Of a DNA stretch of 64,000 bases, positions 53,759 through 61,600 are shown one piece after another (position 1 is the first letter of the stretch; every line of letters begins with the position of its first letter). A program made the translations under genes and the position numbers. The notes under the pieces are model-generated. The model saw nothing but the letters and a program-made list of their open reading frames with translations, had not been told where the DNA came from and made no database searches. Source of the stretch: an uncultured Lentisphaeraceae bacterium (GTDB taxonomy: Bacteria; Verrucomicrobiota; Kiritimatiellia; RFP12; UBA1067); assembly GCA_964406095.1 (NCBI GenBank), contig CAYOQJ010000039.1:24139-88138 (forward strand), given 5' to 3'.

Positions 53759-56284
53759 ATGAGTGATAACCACAATTCCGGCTCTGAGTCAAGAGCCAGT
53801 CGCCCGATCTATTATGGTGGACAGAACCCGGCGGCTGAGGCCGCTTCTTTACCACATTCTTCGGCTCTCTATTACGGCGGCCGAAGTCCGGCTGCTTACG
53901 CCACCACAGCCAGATCACCGGCTCTTTATTACGGCGGTGCTGCGCCGACGGCGGGATACCCTGGTGGTTATGGTTACGGTGCTGGCGGCTACTACTACGG
54001 CGGTGCTGGCAGTGGTATCAGCGACGATGATGATTCATTGACCGGCGCAATTACCATCGGTCGTATGATCCGTGTCTGCTCACAACGCTGGATAACGATT
54101 TTTGTATTCGTGATAATAGGGCTGGTTGCATCATTTGCAGTCTTTAAAATTTCCCCGGTTGTGTATGAAGCACGCGCCGTCTTTGAAATGAGCTTGCGTC
54201 GCCCCTCGGTGCTGGGTCTGCGCGAGGCGGTCATCGACACCTCTCAGGGAACAATGAGTGAAGTTTTCAATACGCGTTTGGCTCGTCTGCGTTCACGCGC
54301 CGTGATCGATCAGATTGTGACTCAGTACCGTAGCGATTACCCCAGTTCTACTGTCTCTGACGAGGAGCTGATCAGTACACTGGTCAACTCAGAAATGGAG
54401 TTGCAACGTCGCTCAATGCTGATCACCATCACTGTGCAGTCTACCGATAAAAAACTGGCGGCCGATCTCGCCAATGCCTACGCCAAGGCCGCCGAAACCT
54501 TCACCGCCGAACAGAACCGCAATCAGTCTGAAATGGCCGTCGCTTGGCTGCACACAACCACCGAACAGCAGAAACGCGCACTAGAACGCGCCGATAAGGA
54601 GATGCTGGAGTACCGCGTCGCCCACCAGCTCGACACAATGGAGAATGAAAGCGAAATCGCCAAACAGTCGCTGGCAAATGTTAATACCGAAATAATGTCA
54701 CTGCAAAGCGAGCTCACCAAAGCCCGCGAACTGCAGAAAACTCTGGAGGCAATCCAGAATGAGCCTGAAAAATTCGGCAGTCTGCCTGAGTCTATCCCGC
54801 GGACAGCCGAGATCGGAATAGCCTATGCCAAGCTACTCACCGCACTCGCTGATAAAAATTCACTGATGGCCCGCTATACCGCTAACCACCCCGAAGTGAA
54901 GGTTAAAGAGAAAGAGGTTGAAATATACCGACAGCAATTTGCCGATGTTGTCTATCGCGCCCTTGAAACCTGTAAGGCCAATGTCGATCTGTTGCAGCGC
55001 CAGCTGGGCCAGATGACCCCTGAACAGGAACGATTGATGAAAAAGATTTCCGATCTTGAACTTAAAACCGTTACAGCACAGATGAAACTTGATCAGCTGG
55101 CTCGAGAACGCGAGGTCGCCGATATCAACTATAAAGCATTGCTGCAGCGTACCAATGAAGCTCAGCTCGATGCCGATCAGAACACCGCCCTGATCAAACA
55201 GGTGGAACAGGCCTTTGAACCAAACCGGCCGGTCAAACCCAATCCGATGATTATCTTTCCCGCCGGACCAGTGCTTGGTTTGATTTTCGGGATCCTCTTT
55301 GTTTTGGTACTTGACCATCTGGAAGATAAGATCGTTGGTGTCTCCGATATCGAACAGCGCTTGCGTCTCAAAACACTGGCCGTTATTCCGCATGTGCGCC
55401 GAAAGAAAAGAGAGCAGCTCGCGCTTGCAGTCAAAAATGAAAAATTTTCACAGTTTGCCGAGGCCATCGCTGGCTTGCGCAATCTGCTGGATTCCCCGCG
55501 CTACGCTGAGATCAGCAAGGTCTGTCTGTGTATGAGCACCCAGCCAGGTGAGGGTAAAACTATCACCTCTAGCTCGTTGGCAATATCCTGCGCCCAGAGT
55601 GGACAGAAAACACTGCTGGTGGACTGCGATATGCGGCGCCCGCGCCTGGCCCGTATCTTCGAGAAAAAATCAGCGGAGTATAAAAGCTTGCCCCACCGCA
55701 TACGCGAAGGAGGCGTCAGCAGCTTCGATGATCTGTCGGTTGCCTCCGGCATCGAAAATCTTGACTTGGTGCTCTCAAAAGCCTCATCGGAAATCAATCC
55801 CGCCAACCTGATGGGTAGTGGCTCCATCAACGAGTTTTTCGCCTGGGCGCGACAGAATTATGATCGCGTCTTTATCGACTCGCCGCCCTACGGTATCGTC
55901 GGCGATGTTATGGTGCTGGCCTCACTCTCCGATGCGGTCATGATGATGTGCTGCCCGGATCGCACCCGCTTCCGCCCGATTAAACATGCCGCCAGAACCC
56001 TGACCGAATCCGGCGCCCGTGTGATCGGTGTCATCGTCAACGATGTCGACTTCGGACGGCGCAACCAGTTCAGCCAGTACGACTATCACTACCGCTATGC
56101 CTATCGCTATACCTCCCGCTACGGCGCGTACGGGCAAGGGAAAAAATTTGGCATCGGCGGAGTCGGCAAGAGTAAGAAACAATCACCCGAAACAGCTATG
56201 CTGGACGACGATGATCTCACCCCGTCCGCCGCGACTATGCCACGGGATGTCGTTGACCATTCAATGCTGGATGACGACGATTGA
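53759..56284 (+). CDS. Wzc/GumC-like polysaccharide co-polymerase fused to BY-kinase, with Tyr/Gly-rich N-terminal extension
   Basis: GAGGAG lies 7 nt before ATG 53759. Features are a TM helix, a long coiled-coil periplasmic region, a second TM, Walker A STQPGEGKTITSS, Walker B LLVDCD, and a C-terminal Tyr cluster YDYHYRYAYRYTSRYGAYG. Confidence 0.85.
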   Translation: MSDNHNSGSESRASRPIYYGGQNPAAEAASLPHSSALYYGGRSPAAYATTARSPALYYGGAAPTAGYPGGYGYGAGGYYYGGAGSGISDDDDSLTGAITIGRMIRVCSQRWITIFVFVIIGLVASFAVFKISPVVYEARAVFEMSLRRPSVLGLREAVIDTSQGTMSEVFNTRLARLRSRAVIDQIVTQYRSDYPSSTVSDEELISTLVNSEMELQRRSMLITITVQSTDKKLAADLANAYAKAAETFTAEQNRNQSEMAVAWLHTTTEQQKRALERADKEMLEYRVAHQLDTMENESEIAKQSLANVNTEIMSLQSELTKARELQKTLEAIQNEPEKFGSLPESIPRTAEIGIAYAKLLTALADKNSLMARYTANHPEVKVKEKEVEIYRQQFADVVYRALETCKANVDLLQRQLGQMTPEQERLMKKISDLELKTVTAQMKLDQLAREREVADINYKALLQRTNEAQLDADQNTALIKQVEQAFEPNRPVKPNPMIIFPAGPVLGLIFGILFVLVLDHLEDKIVGVSDIEQRLRLKTLAVIPHVRRKKREQLALAVKNEKFSQFAEAIAGLRNLLDSPRYAEISKVCLCMSTQPGEGKTITSSSLAISCAQSGQKTLLVDCDMRRPRLARIFEKKSAEYKSLPHRIREGGVSSFDDLSVASGIENLDLVLSKASSEINPANLMGSGSINEFFAWARQNYDRVFIDSPPYGIVGDVMVLASLSDAVMMMCCPDRTRFRPIKHAARTLTESGARVIGVIVNDVDFGRRNQFSQYDYHYRYAYRYTSRYGAYGQGKKFGIGGVGKSKKQSPETAMLDDDDLTPSAATMPRDVVDHSMLDDDD

Positions 56285-56419
56285 AGCCTGCGCTGAACAT
56301 AGCACGCCTGCGTCAATTGTGTATCACGGTGTGACATTGTGTCTGCCGCAATCAAGTAGTTACCGCTCCAAGTGGCCATTGTGGCGCTTGTTCTGTTGGA
56401 TTATTCTGTTTTTCAGGGA

Positions 56420-56435
56420 TGGCACGCCTTTTGCT
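56420..56435 (+). promoter_or_regulatory. sigma54 (RpoN) -24/-12 promoter
   Basis: TGGCACGCCTTTTGCT matches every specified position of the consensus TGGCACG-N4-TTGCW. GG is at 56421-56422 and GC at 56433-56434, exactly 12 nt apart. It lies 48 nt upstream of ATG 56483. Confidence 0.6.
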
Positions 56436-56482
56436 AAATATGTAAATTCACAGAGTTAAAGTATTACAAAAGGAGATTGAAA

Positions 56483-56710
56483 ATGAAAAACACGATGATG
56501 TATATGGCGGTAGTGGCAGCAATGTACATGGCACCTGCGGCGGTTGAAGCCCAGCAGTGTGGAGCACCTTGTAACAAGGCTGCCAAAGCGAGTTGCACTG
56601 TGCGTAAGAACTGTCCGGAAGGGGATAGCTGCAAAAAAGAGTGCAAAACTGAGTGCAATCAGAAAAAAGCAGCTGAGCGGAAATCATGCTGCCCTAGAAA
56701 CAAGGCTTAA
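56483..56710 (+). CDS. small secreted Cys/Lys-rich protein (75-aa precursor, ~52-aa mature, 9 Cys)
   Basis: AGGAG (56471-56475) lies 7 nt before the ATG. Signal peptide MKNTMMYMAVVAAMYMAPAAVEA|QQ. Mature part: QQCGAPCNKAAKASCTVRKNCPEGDSCKKECKTECNQKKAAERKSCCPRNKA. A strong terminator follows. Confidence 0.7.
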   Translation: MKNTMMYMAVVAAMYMAPAAVEAQQCGAPCNKAAKASCTVRKNCPEGDSCKKECKTECNQKKAAERKSCCPRNKA

Positions 56711-56737
56711 AAACAACTGTTGCATAAAGTCAGAAAA

Positions 56738-56769
56738 GCCGACCAAGTTCTGGTCGGTTTTTTGTTTTT
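56738..56769 (+). terminator. rho-independent terminator
   Basis: Stem CCGACCA / TGGTCGG (7 bp, plus a G-U closing pair), loop AGTTC, then TTTTTTGTTTTT. Confidence 0.8.
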
Positions 56770-56808
56770 AGCCTTGAACACTGCAGTTGCCCTTTTGACG
56801 CTAACAGA

Positions 56809-58176
56809 TTAAAACGACAGTGCGCTCAGGATGGAGTACGACCACTGCATAACCTGCTTGAATTGATCAATCCCGAAAGATTCGTTCGGGCAGTGAATGC
56901 GATCTTCTTCACGACCGAATCCCACCAGCAGCGGCGCCGCGCCTGAGTATTGCCGCAGGGTTGCGACAATGGGTATTGATGCGCCCTCCCATCTGAAAAC
57001 CGCTCCTCGGCTGTCTATGTCGCGCAAAACCCTTTCGGCAATCTGAAATATCGGTGTGTTCACAGCCAGTCGGAAACCGGGTGCTCCCGGTACAATCTCG
57101 GAAAACGAAATTTCAAGCCCGGGCGGACAGTTGCTGACAAGATGTTTCTTCAACGCATTAAGCGTTTGCTCAATCTGCTGACCAGGTACCAGCCGCATAC
57201 TCAGCTTGGCTGTGGCTTCGCTCGGAATAATGGTTTTAGGCCCCGTACCCGTATGACCTGAAAAAATGCCGTTCACCTCGATCGTCGGATAAAAGCCAGC
57301 TCGTTCCACAGGCGGCAGAGCACGTTCACCCCCCAGTGGCAAACAGCCGGTCTCAGCTTGATAAGCATCCGCGCTCAGCTGATCACGGTTGGCCAAAGAG
57401 TGCTCTTCTTCCGTCGGCGCTATCATGCCGTCACAGAACTCAGGCACGGCAATCGAACCGTCTTCATTATGCAAAGTCGCCAGTAATCGCGCTATTCCCA
57501 GTGCGGGATTCGGTGCAACGCCGCCATGTACGCCAGAGTGCAGATCATATTTCGGGCCCTTCAATGTTACGGTTATATTCTGTATGCCGCGCAACGCGGC
57601 TATGATGGCGGGCTGCCCGTTGCTGGCACAGCATGTGTCACTTACCAGCAGAACGTCGGATTTGATCCGATCGCCCAGATGCGGAGCCATCTCAAGGAGT
57701 CCGGCACTGCCGGACTCCTCCTGCCCTTCAATGATAATTCTGATCGTAGGGATGCTTTCACCCTCTTCAATCAAAGCCCGAAGACCCTGAATGAACGCAA
57801 AGCTCTGCCCTTTGTTGTCCTGCGCGCCCCTGGCGTAAACTCTGCCGCCACGCAGGCAAGGTTCAAACGGGGGGCTCTCCCATCTTTCAACCGGATCAGC
57901 AGGCTGTACATCGTAGTGGCCGTAAAACAATACGGTGGTGTCGCATTCGGATGAGACGCGTTCCGCAAAAAGTATCGGCACCGGCAGACCCTGATGCGGT
58001 ATTCGGATTTCAACCTCAAAACCCATGGCTTTGAGATACTTTTTAAGCCAGGATGCCGTGCGGGCACAGTCACTCAGACGCAGAGGATCGGCACCAAGTG
58101 ACGGCAGCTTGAGCAGTTTGAACCATTCAGATAAAATGTGTTCACGGTTCTTTTCAAAATAGTTGTCGATATTCAT
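56809..58176 (-). CDS. M20-family metallopeptidase (dipeptidase/ArgE-DapE-like)
   Basis: VLFYGHYDVQP, GAQDNKGQ and IIIEGQEESGS are the metal-ligand motifs of M20. ATG 58176 is preceded by an AGGAGAG-type RBS. The track ORF extends to 58227. Confidence 0.85.
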   Translation of the reverse strand: MNIDNYFEKNREHILSEWFKLLKLPSLGADPLRLSDCARTASWLKKYLKAMGFEVEIRIPHQGLPVPILFAERVSSECDTTVLFYGHYDVQPADPVERWESPPFEPCLRGGRVYARGAQDNKGQSFAFIQGLRALIEEGESIPTIRIIIEGQEESGSAGLLEMAPHLGDRIKSDVLLVSDTCCASNGQPAIIAALRGIQNITVTLKGPKYDLHSGVHGGVAPNPALGIARLLATLHNEDGSIAVPEFCDGMIAPTEEEHSLANRDQLSADAYQAETGCLPLGGERALPPVERAGFYPTIEVNGIFSGHTGTGPKTIIPSEATAKLSMRLVPGQQIEQTLNALKKHLVSNCPPGLEISFSEIVPGAPGFRLAVNTPIFQIAERVLRDIDSRGAVFRWEGASIPIVATLRQYSGAAPLLVGFGREEDRIHCPNESFGIDQFKQVMQWSYSILSALSF

Positions 58177-58241
58177 CACGCTCTCTCCTGAAATAAAAAA
58201 TCGCGCTTGGAAATTACAGAGAATCAATTAGCCGCACAAAC

Positions 58242-58271
58242 AAAAAACCGCAAACTCAATTGAGCTTACGG
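58242..58271 (-). terminator. rho-independent terminator downstream of tRNA-Cys
   Basis: On the minus strand the sequence reads CCGTAAGCTC-AATT-GAGTTTGCGG, a 10-bp stem including 2 G-U pairs, followed by TTTTTT. Confidence 0.6.
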
Positions 58272-58279
58272 TTGTAAAA

Positions 58280-58353
58280 TGGAGGTGCGAAGCGGAATTG
58301 AACCGCTGTAGGAGGTTTTGCAGACCTCAGCCTAGCCACTCGGCCATCGCACC
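58280..58353 (-). tRNA. tRNA-Cys (anticodon GCA), CCA encoded
   Basis: Reverse complement: GGTGCGATGGCCGAGTGGCTAGGCTGAGGTCTGCAAAACCTCCTACAGCGGTTCAATTCCGCTTCGCACCTCCA. It folds with acceptor GGTGCGA/TCGCACC, anticodon stem GAGGT/ACCTC with loop CTGCAAA, T arm AGCGG-TTCAATT-CCGCT, and discriminator U73. Confidence 0.92.
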
Positions 58354-58360
58354 TGTTCAG

Positions 58361-58456
58361 TTATTTGCTGATAGCAGCGCGGATACGCTCTTTAATGCGT
58401 TTTTTGTAAGCTTCACGACGCTGTCGTTTGGTTTTTTTTCTGTGTTGTTGTCCCAT
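58361..58456 (-). CDS. 31-codon ultra-basic small ORF candidate directly upstream of tRNA-Cys (not in ORF track)
   Basis: My manual translation is MGQQHRKKTKRQRREAYKKRIKERIRAAISK, with 15 of 31 residues K/R. There is no SD sequence. The ATG lies ~4 nt downstream of the predicted transcription start (leaderless-type), and the stop is 7 nt before the tRNA 5' end. Confidence 0.35.
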   Translation of the reverse strand: MGQQHRKKTKRQRREAYKKRIKERIRAAISK

Positions 58457-58466
58457 AAGAACTCAG

Positions 58467-58496
58467 AATATAACAAATAGACCCTTAGAGTGTCAA
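58467..58496 (-). promoter_or_regulatory. near-consensus sigma70-type promoter for the small ORF / tRNA-Cys transcript
   Basis: On the minus strand: TTGACA (58496-58491), an 18-nt spacer, then TATATT (58472-58467). Alternatively TTATAT with a 17-nt spacer. Confidence 0.55.
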
Positions 58497-58535
58497 CAAA
58501 CCGGATCAAATAATTTCTGATCGCAAAATGGGCAC

Positions 58536-58569
58536 TTAACTTTCTTGTCTTTTTCGGCAGAAGTTGAGA
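58536..58569 (+). repeat. 34-nt intergenic motif, copy A (upstream of hybrid sensor kinase)
   Basis: ttaactttcttgtctttttcggcagaagttgaga is 30/34 identical to copy B at 63407-63440, in the same orientation. Confidence 0.85.
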
Positions 58570-58650
58570 TGATGATAAATATCTTGGCTATAGGTACTGC
58601 CTAAAAGTGCCGCAACATAAGACCGCAATTGATAGTGGTGGCGACCCAGT

Positions 58651-61600
58651 ATGAAAAATCAAGCTCACAGTGTTGTCAGGTGTTTCCGGAAAGTAGCACT
58701 GATTGCGCGAAATGGCGGATATCTTGTGCTCTTGACCGGCTGGCTGTTACAGAGCGGTGGTTATGCTGCTGAAAATCCTGAGCTGACGGTCAGTGCCGGT
58801 TGCGAGGTCGACTATCCCCCTTTCTGCATTGTGCACTCGGATGGGAGATCTGACGGATTTGCGGTTGAGTTGCTGCGTGCGGCACTGAATAAAATGGATT
58901 ATCAGGTCACATTCCGGACGGGCGTATGGAGTTCGGTCCGGAGCTGGCTTGAGCGTGGTGAGGTGCAGGTGCTGCCGCTTGTGGGTCGAACACCCGAGCG
59001 TGAGCCGCTCTTCGATTTCACCTTCCCGTTTATGACCATGCACGGCGCGATCGTTGTTCGCAAGGATATGCGGAACGTGCATCAATTGTCCGATCTGAAA
59101 GGTTGTACTGTCGGTGTTATGCAGGGCGACAACGCGGAGGAGTTTCTGCGGCGTGGTCGGCGTGATTTCGGGATATTGGCAACACCGACCTATTTGGATA
59201 CCTTGCGTGCACTTCAATCGGGACAGTGTGACGCTGTTGTGTTGCAGCGGCTGGTGGCCGTGCGGCTGCTGGCCGAAAGCGGCCTGCACGATCTGCGTAT
59301 TGTAGAACGACCCATCCGTGAGTTTGCTCAGGATTTCTGTTTCGCGGTTCAGAAAGGCGATAGCCAAATGCTTTCCTTGCTCAACGAGGGATTGGCCCTG
59401 GTGATGGCCGACGGCACCCACCGCCATCTGCATGATAAATGGTTTGCTCACCTTCAACTGCCGCATGATCGACCGATCATTGTGGGAGGAGATCATAACT
59501 ATCCGCCCTTTGAATTTCTCGACGAAACAGGACGTCCCGCCGGTTTTTCAGTCGAATTGACGCAGGCGATTGCACGCGAGGCGGGGCTGAATGTCAGGAT
59601 TCGCCTCGAACCCTGGCAGAGTGTTGTCAATGGGTTGCACGATGGCAGTGTCGATGCACTTGAAGGTATCTTTTATACCCCTGAACGTGACGCTCTGCTG
59701 GATTTTTCACCAAAATACATAGTGGTCGATTGTGTGAGTGTTGTGCGTAAAGATGCCGGTAATCCGCCTGTCAGTTTTGAAGAGCTGCGTGGACGTGAGC
59801 TGGTTGTTCAGGCCGAGGATGCCATGTTCAACAAAATCATGGAGCACGGTCTTGATCAGCGGATCATAGTTGTCAAAACCCAGGAGGAGGTCGTGCGCAC
59901 GATTGCCGAAGGTCGCGGCGACTGCGGCCTGGTGACGCGCCTGAGTACTCTCTATACAATCCGGAAACATGGCTATACCAATTTGAAAGTCGCAGAAAAA
60001 GCGCTCTACTCCGGGCAGTACTGCTATGCGGTATTAAATGGTAACGATGCGCTTCTGACTAAATTTACCGAGGGACTGCAGGTTGTCAAGAATTCGGGGG
60101 AGTATCAGCGCCTCTATGAAAAGTGGATGGGTGTTTATGAACGTCATTTATCAATTGGCGAGGTTATTAGATATGTTGCCTCAGTCGCTCTGCCGCTGCT
60201 GTTGCTGGTGCTGCTTGTGCTGCTGTGGTCTTGGACTCTGCGGCGGCGTGTCGCGGCTAGGACATACGAACTAAGTGTCGCCAATCGACAGATGCAAGAG
60301 AGTAACGAGAGCTTGTTGAAGATACAGGAGACCCTGCGGCGTAGTGATGAACGCTTCAGCCTGGCTCAGGCACTCTCCGGTGTCGGCGCATGGGAGTGGA
60401 ATTTGAGCACCAATGAGGTTTACTGGTCCGACAAACTGATGGAGCTCTTCGGTTTCGCAGAAGATAAGGGTAAATTCAACGAGTCGTTCGATTCAGTGAC
60501 CGAGTGTATCTACCCCGATGATGTCTCCGCCTGGCGCGACAGCGTTCGGGAGTGTGTTGAGGATGGCCGTGAGCATTGCATGGAATACCGTGTTCTGCTA
60601 CCTGACGGCAGGCTTCGCTGGATCGGCGTTTTTGGTAACGCGCAGCGTGATGACGACGGTAAAGCGATTCGTCTGGTCGGAGTGGCAATGGATGTGACCG
60701 AACGTAAATTGGCCGAACAGGCCCTGAAAGAAGCATACGAAATTATTAACCGCAGTTTTTCCGTCGCGTTCACCTGGCGGAATGCCGAGGGCTGGCCAGT
60801 TGAGTTTGCCTCTGAAAATGTGCTGAAACTTCTGGGTCATAAAGCGGAGGATTTCACGGAAGATAGAGTTTCCTACCTGGAATGTGTGCATCCGGATGAT
60901 CTGCTACGCGTTAAACGGGAGTTCGCTGCTGTATTTGCCGACAGAAATATCGAAGAGATGGTTCATGAACCCTATCGTTTGACCGCCAAAGACGGCACAC
61001 TTAAAGTTGTACGCCACTGGACCTTTGTTATCAGAAACAACGAGGGTCGGGTCACTCATTTCAAAGGCATCGTCGAGGATATAACCAGCCAGCGCAATCT
61101 TGAGAATCAGCTGGCTCAGTCACAGAAAATGGAGGCGGTCGGCCGCTTGGCGGGCGGTGTGGCACACGATTACAATAATATGCTCAATGTGATTATGGGC
61201 TATACTGAGCTGGCCATGGAAAATGAGCAGTTGCGCGAACCGTTACGGGAATATCTGCAGGAGATAGCCGCCGCCGCCAACCGCTCCAAGGCAATTACAG
61301 AACAGTTGCTGGCTTTTGCCCGTAGAGAGACAATCGCTCCACAACTGATGGATATGAACACATCCGTGACTAAGATGCTCGCGATTATCCGTAAGCTTAT
61401 TGGTGAAAATATCGAGTTGTCTTGGTATCCCGGTGAAGGAGCACTGCCAGTCTTGCTCGACCCCTCGCAGCTCGATCAGATATTGGTGAATCTGTGCGTA
61501 AACGCGCGGGATGCCGTTGAGGATGTCGGCAGAATAACGATCGAAATAAGCAACGTTAAAATCGATAACGATTACTGTACCACGCATGCCGATTTCATAC

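Noticed and set aside
58280-58353. tRNA-Cys as an integration hotspot marking a genomic island
   Set aside because: No integrase, no repeat of the tRNA 3' end and no mobile-element genes were seen on either side. The neighbours are ordinary chromosomal genes.
56483-58353. Proximity of the 9-Cys peptide gene to tRNA-Cys (about 1.6 kb) as a functional link
   Set aside because: They are on opposite strands with separate promoters and terminators, and an M20 peptidase gene lies between them. I treat it as coincidence.
58298-58480. 60-aa plus-strand ORF
   Set aside because: It overlaps tRNA-Cys and the antisense of the basic small ORF and its promoter, so it is spurious.
58555-58569. GGCAGAAGTTGAGA (also at 63427-63440) considered as a sigma54 -24/-12 element
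   Set aside because: GG is followed 12 nt later by GA rather than GC, and the TTGC block is shifted by 2 nt. It does not satisfy the strict GG-N10-GC geometry that the 56420 site does.
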